Below, one piece after another: positions 54,746-63,929 of a DNA stretch of 64,000 nt. Within the stretch, counting starts at the first letter, position 1; the number at the start of each line of letters is the position of its first letter. The DNA is taken from contig JBAZRH010000001.1 of the NCBI GenBank assembly GCA_041663045.1, positions 1,817 through 65,816 of the forward strand, read 5' to 3'. Origin of the DNA: Minisyncoccota bacterium (GTDB lineage: Bacteria; Patescibacteriota; Minisyncoccia; Phycocordibacterales; GWA1-40-21). A program made the position numbers and the translations under genes. The notes beneath the pieces were generated by a model. That model was given only the letters and a program-made list of their open reading frames with translations, made no database searches and was not told the DNA's origin.

Positions 54746-56632
54746 ATGGAAAATTTTATAAATACAAATAAACACGCTTTGTTCTTGGGAATTGTCTCCA
54801 TCTTTGCGTCTTTTGTGTTTCTCACTCCTTCATATGCTCATGCAGGGAACTTTTTTGGTGATCTTTGGGGCGATATAACAAATGGTGCCGGAGATGTAGC
54901 ACAAGGTGTTGCTGATGTTGCAGGCGATGTTTGGAAAGGTGGCGGACAAGTACTTACGCAAGTCGGCCAGACGACTGGTGATGTCTGGAATGCTGGCAGT
55001 AATATTGCTGGCGATGTCTGGAAGGGTTCTGGTCAGGCCATCACTCAAGTCGGCTCATGGGGAGGCGATGTTTGGAATGGTGCTGGGCAGGTAGCAACCC
55101 AAGTTGGTAACTGGGGAGGCGATGTCTGGAAGGGTTCTGGTCAGGCCATCACTCAAGTCGGCTCATGGGGAGGCGATGTTTGGAATGGTGCTGGGCAAGT
55201 AGTCACCCAAGTCGGGTCTTTTGGTGGTGATGTATGGAATGCTGGCAGTAATTTTTTCGGTGACTTAACCAATTGGGGCGGAGGAAGTTCTCAAGTAGCC
55301 ACAGCCGGTTGGACAAATACAAATACAAGTTCATATTCTAATTCAAACTCTAACGGTTCAAATTATCAAAATAATTCAAATGGCACTTGTGCCAACGGTA
55401 CTTTGTCTGCAGATGAGGCAGTCAGCGCTTTTCAGAGTGGCACTATTACCGTATCTTTCAATAAAATAAATAGTTCACAAGCAGAGACGACTATTACAAA
55501 CAATACCGGATGTCAGTTGCCTGCGGTTGTCTGGTCTTTCAAAGTTTACGACAATGTAACCTTTGATACTCAAAGACAATTTAATAATAGCGGTACAATA
55601 ATAGTTGCACCGCACTCTTCTCGTACTGTCGTGACTCCTCTTGCTCCTTGTCTTACTCAAGTAGACGCCCTTTATGATTCCGGAAATGTCGGTACAAGTA
55701 GGTTATTTAAAGGAATTATATTTGGTACCGACGGTAGATCCTTCAATTCAATACCTTCAGCTCAAGGACAGTTTTGTACGGATGTACCTCCTCCACCACC
55801 AACTCCAAATCCTCTATACATTTCTTGTTCTGCAAACCCAAGCAGTGTTCAAATTGGTAATACTATAAATTGGTCCGCAAATGCTTCGGGCGGAAGTGGT
55901 AATTATACATACTCATGGTCAGGTACTGATGGACTTTCTGGTAGTTCACAGGCTATTTCAAAAAACTATTCGAATGTCGGTAGTAAAAATGCTAGCGTGA
56001 CGGTGACTTCTGGTACACAATCTGCTACTGCAAATTGTTACGGAAATGTATATCAAGTTCAAGATTATAATTATTACTATGGCGGTGGTTATAATACTTA
56101 CTACTATCCTTACAATTATAATTATAACTATTCATACAACGAAGCCCTCTCCGGTTCTTGTTCTGCTGGGGTATCAAATACTTCTATAGGAAGTACAGTT
56201 ACCTGGACAGCAACTGCTATGGGTGGAAATGGATTTTTTACCTATTATTGGTATGGAGATGAAAATCTTTCAAGTAATAGCCAGTATGTACCCAAGGTCT
56301 ATTCTTATGGTGGAACAAAAAACGCTACATTAACAATAACTTCAAATGGACAGAGTATTACAAGAACATGTTCTGTAAATGTTGGTCAGGTACTTGCATA
56401 TTCCGAGACTAATCCTCTAGTATCATCTGTTTACTTGAGCCAGATCCCTTATACGGGCGCTGGAGATATCTTGAAAGTCTTGTTGTTTATCACAGCTTTG
56501 ACTCTTTGGAGTGGATTGATTGCATATTCTTCCTTGAAGAGGAGAGAAAAACACCATCAGATGTATCCTACAGGAGACACTAAACATGAAGATAATAGTA
56601 AAATCATAACCGACATAGAGATGAAGGATTAG
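54746..56632 (+). CDS. sortase-substrate surface protein with N-terminal GDVW tandem repeats and C-terminal IPYTG sorting signal
   Basis: Signal peptide, ~8 repeats of GDVWxGxGQxxTQVGxxG, two Cys-bracketed Ig-like domains (..W.A.A.GG.G.Y.YSW.GTD..), IPYTGAG + TM + KRREKHH tail. Confidence 0.7.
   Translation: MENFINTNKHALFLGIVSIFASFVFLTPSYAHAGNFFGDLWGDITNGAGDVAQGVADVAGDVWKGGGQVLTQVGQTTGDVWNAGSNIAGDVWKGSGQAITQVGSWGGDVWNGAGQVATQVGNWGGDVWKGSGQAITQVGSWGGDVWNGAGQVVTQVGSFGGDVWNAGSNFFGDLTNWGGGSSQVATAGWTNTNTSSYSNSNSNGSNYQNNSNGTCANGTLSADEAVSAFQSGTITVSFNKINSSQAETTITNNTGCQLPAVVWSFKVYDNVTFDTQRQFNNSGTIIVAPHSSRTVVTPLAPCLTQVDALYDSGNVGTSRLFKGIIFGTDGRSFNSIPSAQGQFCTDVPPPPPTPNPLYISCSANPSSVQIGNTINWSANASGGSGNYTYSWSGTDGLSGSSQAISKNYSNVGSKNASVTVTSGTQSATANCYGNVYQVQDYNYYYGGGYNTYYYPYNYNYNYSYNEALSGSCSAGVSNTSIGSTVTWTATAMGGNGFFTYYWYGDENLSSNSQYVPKVYSYGGTKNATLTITSNGQSITRTCSVNVGQVLAYSETNPLVSSVYLSQIPYTGAGDILKVLLFITALTLWSGLIAYSSLKRREKHHQMYPTGDTKHEDNSKIITDIEMKD
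54890..55270 (+). repeat. in-frame coding tandem repeat (18-aa units; two identical 79-bp blocks at 108-bp period)
   Basis: 55011-55089 and 55119-55197 are identical nucleotide-for-nucleotide. The surrounding units are diverged. Confidence 0.8.
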
Positions 56633-56717
56633 ACGGGGATGTATTTACCGAGTTTTGTCTTTTCTCTTGACTCGATTTTATATTAGTAGTACTATTTAAT
56701 ACAGAAAGGAGGTGCCT

Positions 56718-56933
56718 ATGAAAGCATCTCAAGAAGGAAAAGCTCCGGATCTCTCCGAATATGATCAAGTCTGCCATTGCGCATGCCACAGTGGTGAAGT
56801 GCGACGGGAAGATCTACATCCCTCACCATGTTGCATTCAATGTCCGTATTGTAGTTTGATGATTGTCAGTATTCTCTACAATATGCACATGACATCTTGT
56901 GGCAAACCGAATCAACATTCGGAACAAAAATAA
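56718..56933 (+). CDS. small cysteine-rich protein (71 aa; 9 Cys, CHCACH...CCIQCPYC)
   Basis: Strong RBS AAGGAGG 6 nt upstream of the ATG. Hairpin terminator immediately downstream. Confidence 0.5.
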   Translation: MKASQEGKAPDLSEYDQVCHCACHSGEVRREDLHPSPCCIQCPYCSLMIVSILYNMHMTSCGKPNQHSEQK

Positions 56934-56972
56934 AAAGCTTTGCGTGGCTCCGTGCCTCAGCAAAGCTTTTTT
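56931..56972 (+). terminator. rho-independent terminator
   Basis: aaaaagctttgc...gcaaagctttttt. Confidence 0.7.
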
Positions 56973-56980
56973 ACATAAAA

Positions 56981-57008
56981 TAAAAGCCCCGTGCAACTTT
57001 GCACGGGG
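56981..57008 (-). terminator. terminator for the minus-strand gene 57034-57843
   Basis: cccgtgcaactttgcacggg, with the T-run on the minus strand. Confidence 0.5.
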
Positions 57009-57033
57009 GTGTCTCTTCAAAGGATAACCAAAA

Positions 57034-57843
57034 CTATTTGAAGTAGTGTGAGTATCCAAGGAAGAATGTTGGGCTGGAGAATGCGATGTCTGCCTGTTCA
57101 CCCATGTCGGTTTTTGATCCAGGTTCAAACTCCAATCCAAGTGTTAGGGCGCTTGTCTTTTTCTCGCCGAACATCATTGTGGCGTATGTTCTAACTGGGA
57201 ATGTATGCATTAGGACATAATTTTTCCGTACCTCGCTGTCATTGTTGCGGTCCCAACCGGACTGTGCAACATATGCACAATAACTTCCGCTTACGCCGAG
57301 CCACAAATTATCAAACGGCCCATCGAATGGAGCGACTTCAAGTGTAACCCTGGGTGTCCAATTTAGGAAAAGATCCACGAAAGGATAACCAGTAGATGGA
57401 ATAACGCCGACCTGTCTTAAATCGACATAAGTCAACGCCGCTCCCTCGCCACGCGTATCAGACCCTGGACTGTTCATATAGTTTCTCTCGGCCTCATTCA
57501 TGCCTATCCAGGGCAATATCATCCAATCGGCGCCGATATTCAATTTGACTCTCGGCCACTCGTTTACGCACATAAACGACAAATCGATCTTGTAATTTAT
57601 GTCATATTCCTTTTGTTCGATCGGACCTTGATTTCGCTCATACCCGGTATCGTCCCTGTGGTTCGGGATATTGCGGATTTCAAGTGGCATATTGTTTACA
57701 TGAAAGCCGAGATAGGTAAGATTGATACCGATAGCGGATTCTTGTAATTCTGCCGGCGATGTATTGTCCACCGCGAAGCTTATGCCTACGATCGAAAAAC
57801 AGAATACTAACACCAAGAATAATTTTCCGAATATTGTCTTCAT
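57034..57843 (-). CDS. hypothetical secreted protein (signal peptide; aromatic-rich, possibly beta-rich)
   Basis: N-terminal MKTIFGKLFLVLVFCFSIVGISFA signal-like sequence. Intact 269-aa ORF. Confidence 0.45.
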   Translation of the reverse strand: MKTIFGKLFLVLVFCFSIVGISFAVDNTSPAELQESAIGINLTYLGFHVNNMPLEIRNIPNHRDDTGYERNQGPIEQKEYDINYKIDLSFMCVNEWPRVKLNIGADWMILPWIGMNEAERNYMNSPGSDTRGEGAALTYVDLRQVGVIPSTGYPFVDLFLNWTPRVTLEVAPFDGPFDNLWLGVSGSYCAYVAQSGWDRNNDSEVRKNYVLMHTFPVRTYATMMFGEKKTSALTLGLEFEPGSKTDMGEQADIAFSSPTFFLGYSHYFK

Positions 57844-57993
57844 TTTGCACCAAACCTTTCAAACAACTGCGTTTTATACCGGGAACGGCCCGCATATTTT
57901 GCAAGCTATAACATTCCTGATACTCTATTTTTTATACTAAAGCTTCCGATTATTTTGTCAAGTTTTTCAAAAAGCCCAGTTGTTCTTGGTTAG

Positions 57994-59739
57994 TTATACT
58001 TTTTCTTCCCTTTCTTTTTTAACTTTCTCAATAAATTCTTTCAAATCCATTTGTCCTAGTGCCCCTTTATCTCTATTCTCCACAGTGATTTTGTTGGCAG
58101 AAATATCTTTGTCACCGACGATTATTGTGTAGGGGACTTTATTATTTTTTGCATCACGAACTTTTCCTCCCATGTTTCCTTCTTTTGTATCACAATCTAC
58201 TCTAAAGCCGGCGGTTTTTAGTTCGGCAGAAATCTTTTCCGCATATTCATTATGATTTTCTCTCACTGGCACGATTTTTACTTGCACAGGCGCAAGCCAA
58301 AGAGGGAAGGCACCGGCGTAGTGTTCAATAAGAATACCCATAAATCTTTCTGGGGAACCAATGATTGCTCTGTGAATCATAACTGGTGTTTTCTCTTTCC
58401 CATCTTTATCTGAATAGGTGAGTTTGAATCTTTCTGGCATTATAAGGTCGAGTTGAATTGTAGAGATCTGCCATTCTCTACCTAGAGAATCTTTTGTCAT
58501 AATGTCCATCTTTGGACCATATATTGCGGCTTCTCCAACAGCGACAATGTGCTCGATTTTATTTTCCTCAAGAAGCTCTCGGAGCAATTTCTGTGCTCTT
58601 TCCCAAACTTTTGCATCCCCAAGATATTTTTCTGGTTTTGCCGGATCCCAAAGAGAAAGGCGGATTTTATAATCCATCTTATAAGTGACAAGGGCTTTTT
58701 TGATAATGCCCAAAACATTTATAAATTCCTCCTTTATCTGATCTTCACGACAGAAAGCGTGTGCGTCATCTTGGCAGAAACATCGGAGTCTCGCTAGCCC
58801 GTTTAGTTCACCAGGTCTTTCATCTCTATATAAATTTGCAAAGTCCGCAATCCTTATCGGCAAATCTCTATAACTTCTAGATTGTGAAGCGTAGATTTGG
58901 GTGTGTTGAGGGCAGTTCATAGGCTTCAAAAAATATTCCTCCTTTGAATAGTTGGACATAACTTTTATCATATCTTCCTTGTATTTTTCATAATGTCCGG
59001 AGACCTTGAAGAGTTCAGCCTTATTTATGTTTGGCGTGTGAACCTCTTGATACCCGATACTTTGTTGAAGTTCGTTTGAATAATTTATTATTTCTTTTCT
59101 TATTGAAGCTCCTTTGAAAGTGTACATTGGAAGACCTGGCCCAACCAAATCTGAAAATACAAAAAGACCAAGTTCTTTACCGAGTTTCTTGTGATCACGA
59201 GCCCTCGCTTCTTCTTGCTGTTTTTCATAAGCAACAAGTTCATCTTTCGATGCAAAAGCTAGACCGTAAATGCGGGTGAGCATTTTATTTTTTTCGTCGC
59301 CTTTCCAATATGCACCGGCGATTCTCTCAAGCTTGAATGCATCTTTTGGAATATCTTTTATATCATTCACGTGAGGGCCAGCGCAGAGGTCGGTGAATTC
59401 GCCGGAAGTGTATGTGGTGAGCACCTGGCCGTCTTTTGTATAGTCGCCGATGAGTTCAAGCTTGTAAGGATTGCCGGCAAAAAGTTTTTTCGCATCTTTT
59501 TCGGAAATCTCAGTTTTTTCAAAACTCTCCCATTTCTTTAGAAGCTCATGCATTTTCTGCTCAACTTTTCCGAGATCTTTGTCGCTTATCGGGGCAGGGA
59601 ATTCAAAGTCATAATAAAACCCATTGTCTATCGCAGGCCCGGTAGCTATTTTCGCCTCCGGCCAAATATTTAAAACCGCAGCACCCAAAAGATGGGCTAG
59701 GGAATGTCTGATTTTATATAGTTTGTCTTCGTTATTCAT
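57994..59739 (-). CDS. thrS: threonine--tRNA ligase (lacks N-terminal TGS domain)
   Basis: Editing/second-domain HSLAHLLGAA, class II core (PMNCPQHTQIY, RDERPGELNGLARLRCFCQDDAH), anticodon-binding domain. Length 581 aa. Confidence 0.85.
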   Translation of the reverse strand: MNNEDKLYKIRHSLAHLLGAAVLNIWPEAKIATGPAIDNGFYYDFEFPAPISDKDLGKVEQKMHELLKKWESFEKTEISEKDAKKLFAGNPYKLELIGDYTKDGQVLTTYTSGEFTDLCAGPHVNDIKDIPKDAFKLERIAGAYWKGDEKNKMLTRIYGLAFASKDELVAYEKQQEEARARDHKKLGKELGLFVFSDLVGPGLPMYTFKGASIRKEIINYSNELQQSIGYQEVHTPNINKAELFKVSGHYEKYKEDMIKVMSNYSKEEYFLKPMNCPQHTQIYASQSRSYRDLPIRIADFANLYRDERPGELNGLARLRCFCQDDAHAFCREDQIKEEFINVLGIIKKALVTYKMDYKIRLSLWDPAKPEKYLGDAKVWERAQKLLRELLEENKIEHIVAVGEAAIYGPKMDIMTKDSLGREWQISTIQLDLIMPERFKLTYSDKDGKEKTPVMIHRAIIGSPERFMGILIEHYAGAFPLWLAPVQVKIVPVRENHNEYAEKISAELKTAGFRVDCDTKEGNMGGKVRDAKNNKVPYTIIVGDKDISANKITVENRDKGALGQMDLKEFIEKVKKEREEKV

Positions 59740-59744
59740 ATTAT

Positions 59745-59960
59745 TAAATTAATTAAATAAAATCGCCCCGATAAAAAACGAAAATTCGTTTTTTATCGGG
59801 GCGACTCAAATTCGCGGTTCCACCCGACTTTCTCGCCCGAACAAATTCTTATTTGTTTTAGGGTTACTCTTTTGGACAGAAATTGTTTTTCCTTGTGGTT
59901 GGTAGCCACAACAATCTCTGCTTCTCTTATATAATAGCAACTAGCTTTTGGATGTCAAAT
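59745..59960 (-). promoter_or_regulatory. thrS leader with T-box riboswitch (promoter, T-box sequence, terminator/antiterminator)
   Basis: Minus strand: TTGACA-16-TATTAT promoter (59959-59931), then leader containing AAAGUCGGGUGGAACCGCG (T-box consensus AGGGUGGNACCGCG, plus coords 59813-59825). Terminator hairpin 59764-59803 + U-run just before the thrS ATG. Confidence 0.7.
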
Positions 59961-60003
59961 ATACTCTTTACGACCATATTTGCTACCGTCGTGTTCCGTA
60001 GCT

Positions 60004-60555
60004 CTAAATATCAAATTGTCTGACAGTGCTATTACCCGGAGTATTTATAATATTTCTTAGAAGTAATAGATTCATTATTTTCATAATACCGCCATGAGCT
60101 ATTATTAGGACTTTTTTGTCAGAATATTGACTTTTGAGTTCTTCGATAAATCTCAATACTCTCTCTTTTACGTCTTCAACAGATTCTCCGCCATATGGTC
60201 TATAATTATATTTCTGTTCCAAGTCGGTCATCTTAAAATTGACATTGACTTCTTTAATGGCGCTATCCATTTCTTCCCAACTCTTTCCTGACATACTTCC
60301 AAAATCTCTTTCTGATATTTCCTTTTTCTCTATAATAGGTATCTTTATTTTTGCTGCGATAATCTCCGCAGTCTCACGGGCTCTTTTCAGAGGGGATGTA
60401 AATATAACATCAAAGTCGTTAATGTTAATATTTTTTATTAATTCTTGTATCTGTCTAACTCCTTCTATGTTTAACGATTCATCAACAAGTTGCCCCATTA
60501 GTTTGTGAGCTTTATTTGAATCTGTCTCTCCGTGTCTAACGACAAATATTTTCAT
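60004..60555 (-). CDS. histidine phosphatase family protein (second copy)
   Basis: RHGETDSN motif at the N-terminus, AHGG near the C-terminus. Paralog of 32725-33237. Confidence 0.65.
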   Translation of the reverse strand: MKIFVVRHGETDSNKAHKLMGQLVDESLNIEGVRQIQELIKNININDFDVIFTSPLKRARETAEIIAAKIKIPIIEKKEISERDFGSMSGKSWEEMDSAIKEVNVNFKMTDLEQKYNYRPYGGESVEDVKERVLRFIEELKSQYSDKKVLIIAHGGIMKIMNLLLLRNIINTPGNSTVRQFDI

Positions 60556-60560
60556 ATATT

Positions 60561-63500
60561 TTATTGTAAGATCTTCAATCTCTCAACTATCAAACTTACT
60601 TCTCCATTTCTGTCGGAAACCTTTGCTATGAAGGCGATGCATTTTTCTGGGAGTATTGAATCTTTGAATTGTCTGTAAGTCTTTGGGAAGACTACAGCTT
60701 CTATGGTGCCTGTGAGATCGGCGATTTTTACAAATGCCATCGGCTCATTGTTTTTTGTCATTATCACACGCACCTCTTCTATTAGTCCGCCGATTGGCTT
60801 GCCTCCGTCTATGGCTTTGCGGACGGCTTCTGTTTCTTCGCGGATTTTCTTAATACTTATCTGTTGCTTTTCAAAAATATGTTTGTATTTATCGAGCGGA
60901 TGGCCGGAAATATAAAGTCCGAGCAAGTCCTTTTCCCAAGCGAGTTTTTCTGTCTGGGTTGCGGGTGGTGCCGGGTCAAGCTTAAAGGATTGGTGTACCA
61001 GCCCTACTCCGCCCAAGGCGGACTCTCCATCAAACATTCCAAACAATGAATCTTGATTCTCATCTTTTTTACTCGCTTCTTTATTATATTTCAAAAGATT
61101 TTCAATATTCGCAAGCATTTGACCTCTTTCGCCGAAGTCGTCCAGGGCGCCCGTCTTTATAAGAGCTTCGAGAGACTTTTTATTCATATTTCTGTCAACA
61201 ATTCTTTCCAAGAAATCCGCGAGTGATTTGAATTTGCCTTTTTTCTTTCTGTCGTGGACGATTATCTGTGCGATATTTTCTCCGAAGTTTTTTATGGATG
61301 TGAGACCGAAGCGAATCCTCTGTGGCTCGCCTTCGGTTTTAACAACAGTAAACGGAGCGAAACTTTCGTTCACGCTTGGCGGAAGAACGGGGATTTTCAT
61401 CTTATTACATTCAGCAATAAATTCCCCAATTTTTTCTACATCACCGGAGTCGGCCGTAAGCACAGCAGACATATAAATGGCGGGATAGTTTGCTTTTAAA
61501 TATGCCGTCTGATATGACACGCGACCATAGCTTGCGGCGTGAGCTTTGTTGAAACCGTACGCGGCAAAAGGTTCGATAAGTTTCCAAAGAGTCTCAGCTT
61601 TCTTTTCTGTAAGCCCCCCTTCAATGAAACCTTTCAAAAGCTTTTCTTTCTGTGCCTGCATTTCTCTTGGAATTTTCTTTCCCATGGCTTTTCGCAACTT
61701 ATCCGCTTCAAGCCAAGTGTATCCAGCGAGCTTTATAGCCGTGAGCATAACATCGTCTTGATAGGTGATAACTCCGTAAGATTGATCCAAAATATCTTTG
61801 AGTCTCGGGTCCAAATATTTGATGAGTTTTGGATCGTGTTTTCTCTCTATATATTGGGGAATAGATTCAATAGGGCCGGGGCGATAAAGAGCTACCATAG
61901 CATTTATATCGTGTATTGTAGTGGGCTTGAGGTCTTTAAGATATTTTGTCATTCCGGAACCATTGAGTTGAAATAGGCCCATTGTCTCACCCCTGGCGAG
62001 CATTTCAAAAGTCTTTTTGTCGTCCAGTGGGATGGCTTCGATATCTATTTTTACCCCCTCAATCTTTTCTACTCTGTCCACAGCATCAGCGAGTATAGAA
62101 AGATTCTTAATTCCGAGAAAATCGAATTTTAAAAGCCCGACACCGTCTTCTCCGACGGCGTGCATATCGTATTGAGTGATGATCTTCCCTTCTCCTTTTG
62201 GATCGTATTGGAGGGGGACATAGTTTGTGAGATTATCTGGAGCTATCACAACACCGGCGGCGTGCACGGAAATGTGGCGGGCGCAACCTTCGATTTTCTG
62301 TGCCATATCAATGATAGTTTTTGAATCCTTGTCTTCATTGTACATCTTTTTAAGTTCGGGGACTTCTTTCATCGCACGCTCGATTGTCATGGGAAAACCT
62401 TGCGCGCCCATAGGAATGAGCTTGGCGATTTTGTCGGCGAGAGGAAGTGGGAAGCCCATAGCACGGGCGACATCTCGGCAGGCGCCTCGAGCCATCATTG
62501 TCCCAAAAGTACCTATTTGTGCGACATTTTCTTTGCCGTATTTTTGACGAGTGTATTCAATAACATCATCGCGTCTATTGTCGGCATAGTCCATATCAAT
62601 ATCGGGGGCAGACGGTCTTTCCGGATTTAGAAATCTTTCAAATGGAAGTTTGTATTCGAGCGGATTTACTTTTGTAATACCTGTAACATAAGTGACGAGC
62701 GAGCCTGCGACAGAACCTCTGATATTTGTATAAATATTGTTTTCACTTGCAAAACGAAGAAGGTCGGATACAACGAGAAAATATTGCGCGTATCCTTTAT
62801 TTTTAATTACAAGAAGCTCGTATTCAAGCCTGTCAATAACCTCTTTTGTATGTTTGAGTCCTCTTTTTTCCAAGCCTTCGTACGCGATTCTTTTGAGTTC
62901 GTCGTCGTGGGAAAGACCGCTTTCAACAATATATTTTGGAAATTTCCATTTACCGAGCTCGATTTCCAGATTGCACATATCAGCAATCTTCTGTGTATTT
63001 TCGAGTGCTTCGGGTGTATCTCTGAAATATTCTTCTGCCTTTTCGGTGGAGATGAAAGAAAAATCATCCGCGCTTTCTCTTTGTTCTCTATCGCTGAAAT
63101 CCGAATGCGAATTGACGGCGACGAGAGTGTCGCGAGCTTGTTTATCTTCGGGATTTAGATAGTAAACATCATGTGCAGCGACAAGTTGTGAGTCAGTTTC
63201 TTTTGCGAGTTTTATTATTCTTTCTTTTATTTCAAGCTGACCCTCTATTTCAGGATGGTGGGTGATTTCTAAAAAGAAATTTTCTGCGCCATAAACTTTT
63301 TTGTACCAATCTGTAAGTTTTTTTGCTTTTTCTTGATCGCCATTTTTGAGCGCGTTTGTGGTCTCGCCAGAAAAGTGAGGCATAATACAGACAAGGCCTT
63401 CTTTATATTTTTCTATAAGTTCGTGATCGATTCTTGGTTTATAATAAAAGCCTTCAAAATATGAATCGGTGACAAGCTTCATAAGATTGTGATAGCCGAT

Positions 63501-63791
63501 ATCGTCTTTTGCAAGAAGTACAAGACGATATCGGCGATTGTCCACTCCGCTTTGTTTGTCATTTCTTGTGCGAGTCGCAACGTAGAAATCTACACCGATT
63601 ATCGGTTTTATTTCTTCTTTTTTACAAACTTGATAAAATTCAATTACGCCATACATATTGCCAGCATCGGTAAGTGCAAGTGCTGGCATTGCCATACTTT
63701 TCGCTGTTTTAACAAGCTCTTTGATTTTCGGCAGGGCATTTAAAAGGGAATAGTGGGAATGTGTATGAAGGTGGATAAATTTTGATGACAT
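60561..63791 (-). CDS. dnaE: DNA polymerase III alpha subunit
   Basis: N-terminal PHP domain (FIHLHTHSHYSLLNA), polymerase core (..GIKNLS.., FNKAHAASY), OB fold. Length 1076 aa. Confidence 0.9.
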   Translation of the reverse strand: MSSKFIHLHTHSHYSLLNALPKIKELVKTAKSMAMPALALTDAGNMYGVIEFYQVCKKEEIKPIIGVDFYVATRTRNDKQSGVDNRRYRLVLLAKDDIGYHNLMKLVTDSYFEGFYYKPRIDHELIEKYKEGLVCIMPHFSGETTNALKNGDQEKAKKLTDWYKKVYGAENFFLEITHHPEIEGQLEIKERIIKLAKETDSQLVAAHDVYYLNPEDKQARDTLVAVNSHSDFSDREQRESADDFSFISTEKAEEYFRDTPEALENTQKIADMCNLEIELGKWKFPKYIVESGLSHDDELKRIAYEGLEKRGLKHTKEVIDRLEYELLVIKNKGYAQYFLVVSDLLRFASENNIYTNIRGSVAGSLVTYVTGITKVNPLEYKLPFERFLNPERPSAPDIDMDYADNRRDDVIEYTRQKYGKENVAQIGTFGTMMARGACRDVARAMGFPLPLADKIAKLIPMGAQGFPMTIERAMKEVPELKKMYNEDKDSKTIIDMAQKIEGCARHISVHAAGVVIAPDNLTNYVPLQYDPKGEGKIITQYDMHAVGEDGVGLLKFDFLGIKNLSILADAVDRVEKIEGVKIDIEAIPLDDKKTFEMLARGETMGLFQLNGSGMTKYLKDLKPTTIHDINAMVALYRPGPIESIPQYIERKHDPKLIKYLDPRLKDILDQSYGVITYQDDVMLTAIKLAGYTWLEADKLRKAMGKKIPREMQAQKEKLLKGFIEGGLTEKKAETLWKLIEPFAAYGFNKAHAASYGRVSYQTAYLKANYPAIYMSAVLTADSGDVEKIGEFIAECNKMKIPVLPPSVNESFAPFTVVKTEGEPQRIRFGLTSIKNFGENIAQIIVHDRKKKGKFKSLADFLERIVDRNMNKKSLEALIKTGALDDFGERGQMLANIENLLKYNKEASKKDENQDSLFGMFDGESALGGVGLVHQSFKLDPAPPATQTEKLAWEKDLLGLYISGHPLDKYKHIFEKQQISIKKIREETEAVRKAIDGGKPIGGLIEEVRVIMTKNNEPMAFVKIADLTGTIEAVVFPKTYRQFKDSILPEKCIAFIAKVSDRNGEVSLIVERLKILQ

Positions 63792-63886
63792 ATTTGTATA
63801 TTATAGCTTTTATTTGGAAAATCAAAAAGCTGGAATTCTATCCTGTCTGGTTTGGTCATTATCTTAACAAACCGATTAAATAGATA

Positions 63887-63929
63887 AAAACGTAAATAAG
63901 AACGCGACCGCGCTCTTATTTACGTTTTT
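63887..63929. terminator. hairpin with flanking A/T runs (possible bidirectional terminator)
   Basis: aaaaacgtaaataagaacgcg...cgctcttatttacgttttt. Confidence 0.4.

Noticed and set aside
54890-55270. CRISPR-like array (regular direct repeats)
   Set aside because: The repeats are in-frame coding units of a secreted protein (GDVW motif repeats), contiguous without unique spacers. No cas genes or leader.
63887-63929. Terminator assigned to dnaE
   Set aside because: The hairpin lies upstream of the dnaE start on the minus strand, so it cannot terminate dnaE. It more likely belongs to a gene beyond the window edge or is a bidirectional insulator. Kept only as a low-confidence feature.
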